Source: a bacterium
GTDB lineage: Bacteria > Patescibacteriota > Patescibacteriia > Patescibacteriales > UBA12075
Length of the DNA: 64,000 nucleotides
Direction of reading: 5' to 3'
NCBI GenBank assembly: GCA_043820875.1
Contig: JBDRDI010000034.1
Span: 11,318 to 75,317 of the forward strand
Shown piece by piece: positions 25,245 to 33,866 of the stretch. Position numbers and translations under genes: made by a program. Each line of letters opens with the position of its first letter. Positions within the stretch are counted from its first letter, which is position 1. The notes below the pieces were generated by a model. That model had not been told where the DNA came from, made no database searches, and worked only from the letters and a program-made list of their open reading frames with translations.

Positions 25245-26768
25245 TTATTCCTCATGTTTTGGTCGGTATTGCAAGGCCTCGGCTGTGTGAGTGGACAGGA
25301 TGTCCGCGCTTTTTTCCAAATCAGCGATGGTGCGGGCGAGTTTCAGGACGCGGAAATAGGCGCGCGCTGAAAGACCCATTTGTTCCACAGCGCTTTTTAA
25401 AAGTTGGTTTGAAGCTGCGCAAACCGAACAATATTTTTTGACCGCCTCGGAATTCATTTCTGAATTTGTAAGAAAGGGCGCGTCTTTAAAGCGTTCCGAT
25501 TGAATTTGGCGCGCTTCCTCCACTCTTTTTTTAATATTTTCCGATTTTTCTCCGCCCTCGTTTGAGGATAATTTTTCGAATTTTACCTTTGGTACTTCTA
25601 TGTGCAAATCAATTCGGTCCAGAATCGGGCCGGATATTTTTTTTCGGTAGCTTATTACTTGGAGAGGCGAGCAAGAGCAATGTTTTTCTTTGTCTCCGCT
25701 GTATCCGCACGGACAAGGATTCATGGCGCTGATTAAAATGAATTTGGCAGGGAAGCACAAGTTGCCGGCCACGCGACTAATGTGGATTATGCCGTCTTCC
25801 ATGGGCTGTCGCAAATTTTCCAAAACTTGGCGCGGAAATTCGGCGAATTCGTCCAAAAATAAAACCCCGCGATGCGAAAGAGAAATTTCTCCGGGTCGTG
25901 GCCACGCTCCTCCGCCGACCAATGCGACTCCGGACGAAGTGTGATGAGGAGAGCGAAACGGACGGCTGGTAATTAAAGAAGATCCTGATTTTAAAAGTCC
26001 GGCCACGCTATATATTTTTGTCACCTCCAAAGCTTCATCAAAAGAAAGATTCGGTAAAATGGACGGCATGGTGCGTGCGATCAATGTTTTTCCGCTCCCG
26101 GGTGGACCGACCATGTTCATGTTGTGCGCGCCGGCCGCGGAAATTTCCATGGCGCGTTTAACATGTTCTTGCCCGCGGATATGTTCCATGTCAAAAAGAA
26201 TTTTTGTATTTGTAAAAGTAAAATTGGATTTTGCTGCCGCCGGAATTAAAGTTATTCCCTCAAGGTGTCGTCCAAGTTCTGCCAAATTTTTTACCGGAAT
26301 CACTTCCAAGTCGCCGACCAACTTTGCTTCTTCGGCGTTTCCCGCCGGCGCGTATAAAGTTTTTATGCCAGCCTCTTTGGCTTTGATGGCAATCGGCAAG
26401 ACGCCGTTCACCGGCCGTACATCACCGCTCAAAGCCAGCTCGCCGGCGAAAAAAGAATCATGAAGCGGGTGCAGAGGAATAATTCTTCCGGTCGCCGCGA
26501 GAATGCTCACGGCCACGGGCAAATCATAACTCGGGCCGTGTTTTTTCAAATCCGCCGGCGCCAAGTTGACAGTCACTTTTATTTTCGGAAATTCAAATCC
26601 GGAATTTTTTATGGCGCTCCGCACTCTTTCGCGTGATTCCGAAACTGCCGTGTCCGGCAAACCCACGACAGCAAAAAGTCCATGATCACCGCCACCTGTG
26701 TCTGCTTCCACTTCCACAATTTCCGCATCCAGGCCAATCACGGCCGCTGATAATATTTTTGAAGACAT
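25245..26768 (-). CDS. comM: YifB/ComM family Mg-chelatase-like ATPase
   Basis: Lon-protease-like N-domain, Walker A GPPGSGKT, GVLFLDEFAEF, and a C-terminal Cys cluster. Confidence 0.9.
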   Translation of the reverse strand: MSSKILSAAVIGLDAEIVEVEADTGGGDHGLFAVVGLPDTAVSESRERVRSAIKNSGFEFPKIKVTVNLAPADLKKHGPSYDLPVAVSILAATGRIIPLHPLHDSFFAGELALSGDVRPVNGVLPIAIKAKEAGIKTLYAPAGNAEEAKLVGDLEVIPVKNLAELGRHLEGITLIPAAAKSNFTFTNTKILFDMEHIRGQEHVKRAMEISAAGAHNMNMVGPPGSGKTLIARTMPSILPNLSFDEALEVTKIYSVAGLLKSGSSLITSRPFRSPHHTSSGVALVGGGAWPRPGEISLSHRGVLFLDEFAEFPRQVLENLRQPMEDGIIHISRVAGNLCFPAKFILISAMNPCPCGYSGDKEKHCSCSPLQVISYRKKISGPILDRIDLHIEVPKVKFEKLSSNEGGEKSENIKKRVEEARQIQSERFKDAPFLTNSEMNSEAVKKYCSVCAASNQLLKSAVEQMGLSARAYFRVLKLARTIADLEKSADILSTHTAEALQYRPKHEE

Positions 26769-26966
26769 AACGTTTAGTATAAATTATAAAGCATATTTTA
26801 AATCAAAATTCAGAGTGGTATTTATATTTTATATTATTTGAGATGAAGAAAAGATAAAATAATTAAAGCGCAATTGACTTTCTCTATCGGGAGTGATACT
26901 CTTTGTATATTAGTTTTATGATGGGGACATTAAATAATCAATCTGCTCTTTAAAAAAGGGGGAGAC

Positions 26967-27272
26967 ATGTTCAGTGAAAGACCATTAAGGCCTGATTTGT
27001 TTGTGCAGGAAGTCGAAAAAAGTACGATGTCTAAACAAGCGAATATCACAGTCATGGGGCAACGTGCTCAGTTGGAGTCGCTCCAAAGACTATTGCTTGA
27101 AAATGAAATTCAAAGTGTTGTAGAAGAAAGAAACGAAGGAAACTTCGTGCTTGTCATTTACGTCTTAAAACACGGGGATGGCAACGAAATAATTTTGGGC
27201 AACCTGGACTCTCCTCAGGGTACGGAAAACGCCATGCAGACCATAGTAGCATTAATGGAGGCGGATAGATGA
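26967..27272 (+). CDS. Hypothetical protein
   Basis: 101-aa ORF with a strong SD (agggggaga). No domain recognised. Confidence 0.45.
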   Translation: MFSERPLRPDLFVQEVEKSTMSKQANITVMGQRAQLESLQRLLLENEIQSVVEERNEGNFVLVIYVLKHGDGNEIILGNLDSPQGTENAMQTIVALMEADR

Positions 27273-27435
27273 GATTGCTTTTTCTTTTTTTTCAGCGTAT
27301 TTTTTCGCCGGCAATTGTCAGCAAAGAAGAACGTTTGACCATGAGGGCTATTAGGCTATCTTTTTCCTCTGAGGAGGCTAGAAAAAGAGACTTAAAGAGA
27401 TATAAATAGTATCTTAATTGTACATTTTAAAGTTC

Positions 27436-27470
27436 AAGGCTTGTGTTGCGAAACAACACAAGCCTTTTTT
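27436..27470 (+). terminator. Intrinsic terminator
   Basis: aaggcttgtgttg/caacacaagcctt stem followed by T6. Confidence 0.7.
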
Positions 27471-27517
27471 GTATTGACAAAATTTAAAAATAATGTAATA
27501 TAAAGCCACATTAGGTG

Positions 27518-27546
27518 TTGACAAAAGTTGATTATTATAATAGAAT
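27518..27546 (+). promoter_or_regulatory. Sigma70-like promoter
   Basis: TTGACA, 17 nt, TAGAAT. Confidence 0.5.
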
Positions 27547-27603
27547 AAAAGATTAAATATTTAAAAATATCTAAATTGTAATAAAAATAATAACTAAGTT
27601 TAT

Positions 27604-29451
27604 ATGAAAAAGAAAATATCTCTAATTATAGCGATTTTTGCAGCTATTTTACTTTGTGTTGATTCTGCCAGCGCAGCTACATTAAGCAATAGATTAAAGG
27701 GAAGAATCTTGTTGCAGGTGGAAGACAAAGGACAGGCTTGGTATGTTGACCAAAAAACTGAAACACGCGTATTTTTGGGTCGTCCTGCTGATGCTTTTAA
27801 TGTTATGCGTAAAATGGGAGTGGGTATAACCAATAAAGATTTGGAAAAAATACGAATTGCGGACGCGAATTTAAATAACAGCGTTGACAGCGATCTTGAT
27901 GGCTTGTCTGACAAATTTGAAGAAGCCATTGGCACCAATAAATTAAAACGTGATACTGACGGAGACGGATATAACGACAAAGAGGAAATTTTAAACGGAT
28001 ATAATCCGCTTGATAAAAACAGCACCACAAATATTGTTTTTGCGAAAAATCAAGCCGGAAAAATTTTCTTGCAAGTTGAAAGAAACGGAGAAGCCTGGTA
28101 TGTAAGTCCTGTAAATAATCAACGTTATTTTCTTGGTTCGCCGATGGATGCTTTTAAAATTATGAGTCAGTTGGGATTGGGAGTGTCTAATGTTGATTTG
28201 AATAAAATTGAACTTAATTATTTAAACGATTGGACATATTCACCGGCTAAAAGTAATACCAACACCGCAGAGCAAGAAAAAATAATTGAGCAGGTTGATG
28301 AAGCGCCGACCAGCGTTGTTGAGAGCGACAGTTTTGAAAGCGGTTTTATGAACAACTGGAGAGGGAAAATAATTAATGTCGGTCCGACAAGAAACATTAA
28401 GACATTGTCTGAGGCATTCCAAATTGCGCGCGATCGCGATATGATATATATTGATCCGGCCGAATACACGGCTGAACCGATTGTTTGGACTCAAGACAAT
28501 TTAACCATTATTGGAATCGGCGGTCGGGCAAAAATAAATGCGACAGGAATCGATATTTCCGAAAACAACGCGGTTTGGACAGTGAAAGGCGATAACACCA
28601 TTATAGAAGCCATTGAATTTATCGGCGTTGACGGCGAGGGAAAGAATGGATCGGCCCTTTCTCTTTTGGGAAATAATTATAAAATAAGATATTGTTATTT
28701 TCATAACAATGAAAAAAATATTTTTGCTCCTGACAACGGAGCCAGCGAGATAGTTGTGGAATACGGACATTTTACAAATAATGAAGAAAAGAAGGGCGAA
28801 ACCAATTTGGAAATCGGCCGAGTAAAGAAATTTATTTTGCAATACAGTTATTTGAACCATTCAGGAGTCGGTGATAATTTTATTTCTCGCGCCACGGAAA
28901 GCTACATGCTTTACAACAGGTTCATTGAATCAAGCTCGGAAAGAGCAAGTTATTACGTGGAATTTCCAAATGGCGGACAGAACTATTTGATTGGCAACAC
29001 ATTTTATCAGGAATCAAGCGCTCAAAACGTCAGAGGAATTTATTTTTCCGGTGGAGCAGACGCGAATTTTTACGCGATTAACAACACCCTTGTAAGCGAT
29101 TGGGAGAACTCTCTTTCTTTGGGACAGGCGGTTATTTTGGTGGGAGCTCCAAACGCGAAAATTATGAATAATATTTTTGAAGGATATAAAGATATTATTA
29201 CCGCGCCAACCGGATTAAAGTATGAGTACTCAAACAACTTGGAAAACAGTGGAATTCAATTTAAAAATAAAAATAACCAAGACTTTGGTTTGGCGACCAG
29301 TTCCCCGGCTATTGATACCGCAACTTCTACCGGAGCAGTCGGCACTTTCAGCTTGTCACCGGTTTATGAATATAAACATTGGATAGATAAGATTGAAAGA
29401 AAAATAAGCGGAGAGGCGATGGACATCGGAGCTTTTGAATATATTCAATAA
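27604..29451 (+). CDS. Secreted protein with duplicated N-terminal ~50-aa modules, TSP3-like Asp repeats and a beta-helix-like C-terminal region
   Basis: Signal peptide ...VDSASA. Repeated GRILLQVEDKGQAWYV / GKIFLQVERNGEAWYV modules. DSDLDGLSD...DTDGDGYND. Repetitive N/G-rich turns. Confidence 0.65.
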   Translation: MKKKISLIIAIFAAILLCVDSASAATLSNRLKGRILLQVEDKGQAWYVDQKTETRVFLGRPADAFNVMRKMGVGITNKDLEKIRIADANLNNSVDSDLDGLSDKFEEAIGTNKLKRDTDGDGYNDKEEILNGYNPLDKNSTTNIVFAKNQAGKIFLQVERNGEAWYVSPVNNQRYFLGSPMDAFKIMSQLGLGVSNVDLNKIELNYLNDWTYSPAKSNTNTAEQEKIIEQVDEAPTSVVESDSFESGFMNNWRGKIINVGPTRNIKTLSEAFQIARDRDMIYIDPAEYTAEPIVWTQDNLTIIGIGGRAKINATGIDISENNAVWTVKGDNTIIEAIEFIGVDGEGKNGSALSLLGNNYKIRYCYFHNNEKNIFAPDNGASEIVVEYGHFTNNEEKKGETNLEIGRVKKFILQYSYLNHSGVGDNFISRATESYMLYNRFIESSSERASYYVEFPNGGQNYLIGNTFYQESSAQNVRGIYFSGGADANFYAINNTLVSDWENSLSLGQAVILVGAPNAKIMNNIFEGYKDIITAPTGLKYEYSNNLENSGIQFKNKNNQDFGLATSSPAIDTATSTGAVGTFSLSPVYEYKHWIDKIERKISGEAMDIGAFEYIQ

Positions 29452-29470
29452 GACATAAAATAGATTTTAA

Positions 29471-29509
29471 AAAAACAGACCGAGGTTTAAAACCTTGGTC
29501 TGTTTTTTG
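29471..29509. terminator. Bidirectional terminator
   Basis: acagaccgaggtt/aaccttggtctgt stem with flanking A- and T-runs. Confidence 0.75.
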
Positions 29510-29521
29510 TTGCCGAACTTT

Positions 29522-30847
29522 TTAATTTGACCACTCTTCATATTTAATAACAATATTCAGAGTTAAAATAATAACACCGGCCATAATCAAGGTGAGGACG
29601 AGCGCGCCGATTATGTTCATAAAAATGAGTCCGACAATAAATATTGAAACAAAAAATATTTTTCCCACATACATATAAAGTTCTCTGTTCATGATGGCAT
29701 TGCCAATGTCGTTATGGGATCGTTTGAAAAAATTTGAATCCAGAGCTGTGTTCAAAACCCCGCTGAATATTCCGCCCATAATTTGAAAGGCGGTCATGGC
29801 GAGTATGGTTTCAAAAATTGCCCGTAGAATAAGAAAAAGGCCGTGCCCAACAGCACCGATTCTACCAAGATTTTTTGAGCCTGGTTTGTCGGTTTTTGAA
29901 CCAACGAAATAATAAGTGACTGCACTCGCAATATTGGAAAATAAATATAAAAAGCCCATGGAAATTAATTTGATGGAAATGAAAAATAAAAACAGCGGCC
30001 AAATTAATCCTGTCGCGGTATAGCCTATGCCCTGAATGGCATAAGTCATATTTTTTTTCATGTTTTTTAAGTCAATAATTTTTTCAAAATTCAGGTTCAG
30101 TTTGATTTTGATGTCACTAGAAAAAAAGAGAGCTCCCGAGGCAACAACCATCAGAGCTGCGCTAATTATAAACACGCCCTTAAAACCGGCTTGAGTGATT
30201 AAGATACTGCCAATAAACGGGCTGGCGATGCCCATGATTGTTGGTATGGCCGTCATAATACCCAATTTTTTTCCTTCATCCGCGGACCTGATAGAATCTA
30301 AAAAATAGACATGGTGCGCGCTCCAATAAAATACGCAAGGAACAATACCAAAAAAATAAACCATAGACAAAAAAGCAAAACGGCCAAAATCGGAAATTAA
30401 AGTATCAAAGAAATAAAGTATTAAAAGAAAAACAATATTTAAAAGATAACTTATAATTAATATTCTTTTTACGCCCGTGGAAATGAGATATTTTAATGTA
30501 AAGTAATAAAGGATGATAACGGCGAAGAAAGAAGCGATTTCAAAAAAACAGATATCTAAAATTGAGTAACCGGCGTCGCGGATTAAAAAAATCGGAATAA
30601 AAATGGAAAACATTGACAAAGCAATCAAACGAAAAGTATCCGCGATTACCAAGTCATTATATTTATTGTGAAAGAATCTTCCCAGTCGCCAATGTTTTGA
30701 AAAGTGGGAGTTATAAGAATATTTTTCCATAGCATCTTCCAGTCTATCATTTTTATTTCTATCATGCAAAAAAATTAGTGAAAAAAAAGAACCAATCAGT
30801 TGGTTGGTTCTTGATATGTTTTTTGAATTTGATTCATTAGATTCCAA
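29522..30847 (-). CDS. Multi-pass membrane transporter (MFS-like)
   Basis: 441 aa with ~12 hydrophobic segments. The start is ambiguous (alternative Met at 30730). Confidence 0.55.
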   Translation of the reverse strand: MESNESNSKNISRTNQLIGSFFSLIFLHDRNKNDRLEDAMEKYSYNSHFSKHWRLGRFFHNKYNDLVIADTFRLIALSMFSIFIPIFLIRDAGYSILDICFFEIASFFAVIILYYFTLKYLISTGVKRILIISYLLNIVFLLILYFFDTLISDFGRFAFLSMVYFFGIVPCVFYWSAHHVYFLDSIRSADEGKKLGIMTAIPTIMGIASPFIGSILITQAGFKGVFIISAALMVVASGALFFSSDIKIKLNLNFEKIIDLKNMKKNMTYAIQGIGYTATGLIWPLFLFFISIKLISMGFLYLFSNIASAVTYYFVGSKTDKPGSKNLGRIGAVGHGLFLILRAIFETILAMTAFQIMGGIFSGVLNTALDSNFFKRSHNDIGNAIMNRELYMYVGKIFFVSIFIVGLIFMNIIGALVLTLIMAGVIILTLNIVIKYEEWSN

Positions 30848-31301
30848 GCACTTTTACTTTTGGATAATTTTCAAAAAAGACCCTTTTTTTATTGACACGA
30901 TCTTTCGTTGTAATAACAAACAAACGATCAAAATCAGGATAGAAATCAAAAACGAATTGGTCGCCATTTGGATGACATAAAATGGTTCCGCAATCCTTTA
31001 TCGGGATAATAACATTGGCATGAATGTTTTCAGCGCGGAGGAGTTTTTGCATTTTCATTTGGTTTATTTCAAGAATGTTCCGCGCCGATTGCCTTTCTTC
31101 AAAACTTTTTGTTTCGCGATTGAGAGAACTAAAGTCATATTGAGGAAATCCTTTTTCCGCGAATGCTTGATCTATTTGTGTTTTACCTTCAACACATATT
31201 ACCACAAAATGATCCTTGCTTATTGTGCGGATCAACTTGATTATGTCTTCTTCATAGAGTATGTGGCTGGAAATTTTGATAAAGCATCTTCTTCTTTCCA
31301 T
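30837..31301 (-). CDS. Hypothetical protein (weak amino-acid-kinase-fold resemblance)
   Basis: 154 aa. CFIKISSHIL / HFVVICVEGKTQID / NGDQFVFDF..DRLFVITTKD loosely recall the AAK family. Not verified. Confidence 0.35.
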   Translation of the reverse strand: MERRRCFIKISSHILYEEDIIKLIRTISKDHFVVICVEGKTQIDQAFAEKGFPQYDFSSLNRETKSFEERQSARNILEINQMKMQKLLRAENIHANVIIPIKDCGTILCHPNGDQFVFDFYPDFDRLFVITTKDRVNKKRVFFENYPKVKVLGI

Positions 31302-31371
31302 TTAAACCTCCTAAAAACAAATTACAGGAAAATAATAAAAAAAGCAAGGTGCGAGAACGGGCTTAAAAATT

Positions 31372-32229
31372 TTATAGTTTTGCCTGATGAATAACCCTTT
31401 GTGGAAATGGAATTTCTATACCCTCTTTATCAAAGGCGATTTTAAGTCTTTTACGAAGTTCGCCGGTGACATCCCATTGTTTGAGAGGTTTTGTTTCACC
31501 AAGAATTTTAATTATAATCGTCGAATCAGCGAAGTCATCAACTCTCAGAAACTGTGGAGATTTTAAAATATGTTCTTTCCATTTCGGATCTTTTGCCAGC
31601 TCATCGCCGACCCTGTTCACCACTGAAATTACTTGCTCAAGGTTTGCATCATAAGAAATGCCGATGTTGAGATTTACTCTGGCAAAATCTTTTGACAGGT
31701 TTGAAGTTTTTTGAATTTCTCCGTGCGGTATATGATGTACTGTGCCATCAAGATCTCGCAAGGTGGTCATTCGCATGCTGATATTCTCAACCAATCCGCA
31801 AGTGCCATCAAAGCACACCACATCGCCGATGCGATATTGATTTTCCATAATAATGAAAAGTCCGCTGATAAGATCGCGAATAAGATATTGTCCTCCAAAA
31901 CCAAAGGCAAGACCGGCAATTCCGGCAGCTGCGAGAAGCGGTCCAATGGCTATTCCCACTTCTTGAAGAATCATCATAAATGCCAAAATCCAAAGTATTA
32001 TACCGAGTGAGGTTGTGAAAATGTGAGAGAGGGTGTCTTCGCGTTTTTTTTCCGCTTCTTTTGTTAAAAAGCGATCAGAAGTGACAACTTTTCTAATAAG
32101 TTTTTCAATAAAAATTCCGGCGAATTTACGAATTAAATAGGCAACAATTATAATTGCGATGATTTTAACGCCATGATCAAAAAACCAAGGTGTTATAATT
32201 TGAATAATTTCTTGTAATACATTAGGCAT
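31372..32229 (-). CDS. Mechanosensitive ion channel, MscS family
   Basis: Three TM helices, then LISGLFIIMENQYRIGDVV...GLVENISMRMTTLRDLDGTVHHIPHG. Confidence 0.85.
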   Translation of the reverse strand: MPNVLQEIIQIITPWFFDHGVKIIAIIIVAYLIRKFAGIFIEKLIRKVVTSDRFLTKEAEKKREDTLSHIFTTSLGIILWILAFMMILQEVGIAIGPLLAAAGIAGLAFGFGGQYLIRDLISGLFIIMENQYRIGDVVCFDGTCGLVENISMRMTTLRDLDGTVHHIPHGEIQKTSNLSKDFARVNLNIGISYDANLEQVISVVNRVGDELAKDPKWKEHILKSPQFLRVDDFADSTIIIKILGETKPLKQWDVTGELRKRLKIAFDKEGIEIPFPQRVIHQAKL

Positions 32230-32245
32230 ATTATTTTTTTATTAT

Positions 32246-33214
32246 TTAAAACCAATTAAAAAGTTTGGCGATGAAGAGAATGTAGACAGATAGATAAAAA
32301 GCTCCTTCCCATATGTGAATTCTTTTTGAGATGCCGGAGATAACAAAAAGAAGAGTTGCCATGGCCATGGTTGGAACGCCGATTATAAAAGTTTGATTGT
32401 CTATCGGAAGAACACGGAATAGTCCAGGCATGCCGGTGACAACCAGAGCGTTAAAAATATTTGAACCAAAAATATTTCCAATCGCGATTTCCGACTTATT
32501 TTGAAGAGCCGCTTTTGCAGATACCAGAAGTTCGGGAAGAGATGTTCCAATTGCGACAGCGGTAATGGCAATCACACCGGTCGCGATGTTCAGCATCACA
32601 GACAGATTTACCAGCGCGTCAATGAGATATTTTGCGCCGAAAATCAAGCCGAGCGTACCGGCAGCCAAAAGAATAAAATCTTTTATAACAAGTTTTGGAC
32701 GAGTAAATTTTTCTTTTTTTTCTGTCTGCGACAATAGAATCTCAGTTCCTTCATCGGCACCTTCTTCTTTATGTAAAACCGTATAAAGTAAATATATGCC
32801 GTAAGTGGCAAGCATTAAAAGAGATTCACCAAAAGTAATTTGTCTATCCGATACAACGCCCAAAAATAAGACCGTGCTGATGGCCAGAAGTGGAAGGTCT
32901 AGATCTATTAAATTTTTTGTAACTATGAGTTTTTTTCCGACGACAGCGGAAACACCGATAACTAGTAAAATGTTCGCGATGTTTGAACCTATCGCGTTTG
33001 AGGCAACAACATCCGGTACGCCTTTGAATACCGCGACAAAAGAGGAAGCAAGTTCTGGAAAAGAAGTGCCGGCGGCAACAATCGTAACACCGACGATAAA
33101 AGGCGATAAGCCGAGAGAGAGCCCAACTTTTTCCGCACTGATAATCAACCAATCAGCGCCCTTGACGAGGACTATCAATGAAACAATAAATATAATTACC
33201 CAAAAAATGATCAT
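32246..33214 (-). CDS. Ca2+/Na+ antiporter, CaCA (YrbG-like) family
   Basis: Two alpha-repeat signatures, GTSFPELASS and GTSLPELLVS, in a ~10-TM protein. Confidence 0.85.
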   Translation of the reverse strand: MIIFWVIIFIVSLIVLVKGADWLIISAEKVGLSLGLSPFIVGVTIVAAGTSFPELASSFVAVFKGVPDVVASNAIGSNIANILLVIGVSAVVGKKLIVTKNLIDLDLPLLAISTVLFLGVVSDRQITFGESLLMLATYGIYLLYTVLHKEEGADEGTEILLSQTEKKEKFTRPKLVIKDFILLAAGTLGLIFGAKYLIDALVNLSVMLNIATGVIAITAVAIGTSLPELLVSAKAALQNKSEIAIGNIFGSNIFNALVVTGMPGLFRVLPIDNQTFIIGVPTMAMATLLFVISGISKRIHIWEGAFYLSVYILFIAKLFNWF

Positions 33215-33238
33215 GCAAATTGTTTTTAATATTTATGT

Positions 33239-33323
33239 TGGTGCGGACGGAGAGACTCGAACTCTCAAGGGTTTCCCCACTTGCTCCTAAGGCAAGCGTG
33301 TATACCAATTCCACCACGTCCGC
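33239..33323 (-). tRNA. tRNA-Leu (anticodon UAG), CCA encoded
   Basis: Manual cloverleaf: acceptor GCGGACG/CGUCCGC, anticodon arm CUUGC-CUUAGGA-GCAAG, long variable arm UGGGGAAACCCUU, T arm GAGAG-UUCGAGU-CUCUC, 3' ACCA. Confidence 0.9.
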
Positions 33324-33328
33324 TGTGT

Positions 33329-33370
33329 CAGATATCGGATGTCAGATATCGGATGTCGGATATCTGATAA
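33329..33370. repeat. Heptanucleotide tandem array (CRGATRT x6) in the 5' flank of tRNA-Leu
   Basis: cagatat cggatgt cagatat cggatgt cggatat ctgataa. It shares 14-15-mers with the arrays at 47691 and 60145. Confidence 0.8.
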
Positions 33371-33474
33371 TTCATTTTTATAATATTTTTAGCCAATTGT
33401 CAACTTATTTTTATATTAATTATATTTATGTTATAATATAATTAATATTTTATAACTAATAACTAACAAACAAT

Positions 33475-33807
33475 ATGACTGAAGAAAAAAAACAATCAGA
33501 GATGAGCAATAATAAATTATGCGCCTTGCTCTCTTATCTTTTAATTGGTATCATTTGGTATTTTGCAGATGCAAATATGAGAAAAGACAGTTTTATAAAA
33601 TTTCATGTTCAGCAGGCCATTGTTCTTTTGGTGTTCTCAATTTGTGGCCAGATTATTCTTAGCGCAACATTCATTCTTATTCCTCTCGTACCGCTTTACG
33701 GATTGGCTATGTTGGTGTTATTGATTTTGGGATTAATTAACGCTTATCAAGGCAAGAAAAAAGAATTACCCTTCATTGGTAAGTTTGGTAGTTTAGTAAA
33801 AATCTAA
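33475..33807 (+). CDS. Small membrane protein (DUF4870-like)
   Basis: KLCALLSYLLIGIIWYF...KFHVQQAIVL with 3 TM segments. Confidence 0.5.
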   Translation: MTEEKKQSEMSNNKLCALLSYLLIGIIWYFADANMRKDSFIKFHVQQAIVLLVFSICGQIILSATFILIPLVPLYGLAMLVLLILGLINAYQGKKKELPFIGKFGSLVKI

Positions 33808-33866
33808 TAATATAATGTAAATCTGCCAAGACAGATTTGTATTATGTTTTATTTGAATTATAATTT

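Noticed and set aside
27341-27409. 22-codon ORF (MRAIRLSFSSEEARKRDLKRYK) before the terminator at 27436
   Set aside because: It has no SD and no supporting context, so it is probably chance.
27600-28028. 142-aa minus-strand ORF
   Set aside because: It is antisense to the well-supported secreted-protein gene 27604-29451. The same reasoning applies to other antisense ORFs in the track inside recA, ychF, comM, ppsA, glgA, smc, gyrA and the CaCA gene.
33327-33370. Could the short tandem repeats (also at 37499, 47691 and 60145) be CRISPR arrays?
   Set aside because: The repeat unit is only 7 nt with no unique spacers, each array is under 50 nt, and there are no cas genes in the window.
33220-33441. 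73-aa ORF on the plus strand
   Set aside because: It runs antisense across tRNA-Leu and the heptamer array, so it is spurious.
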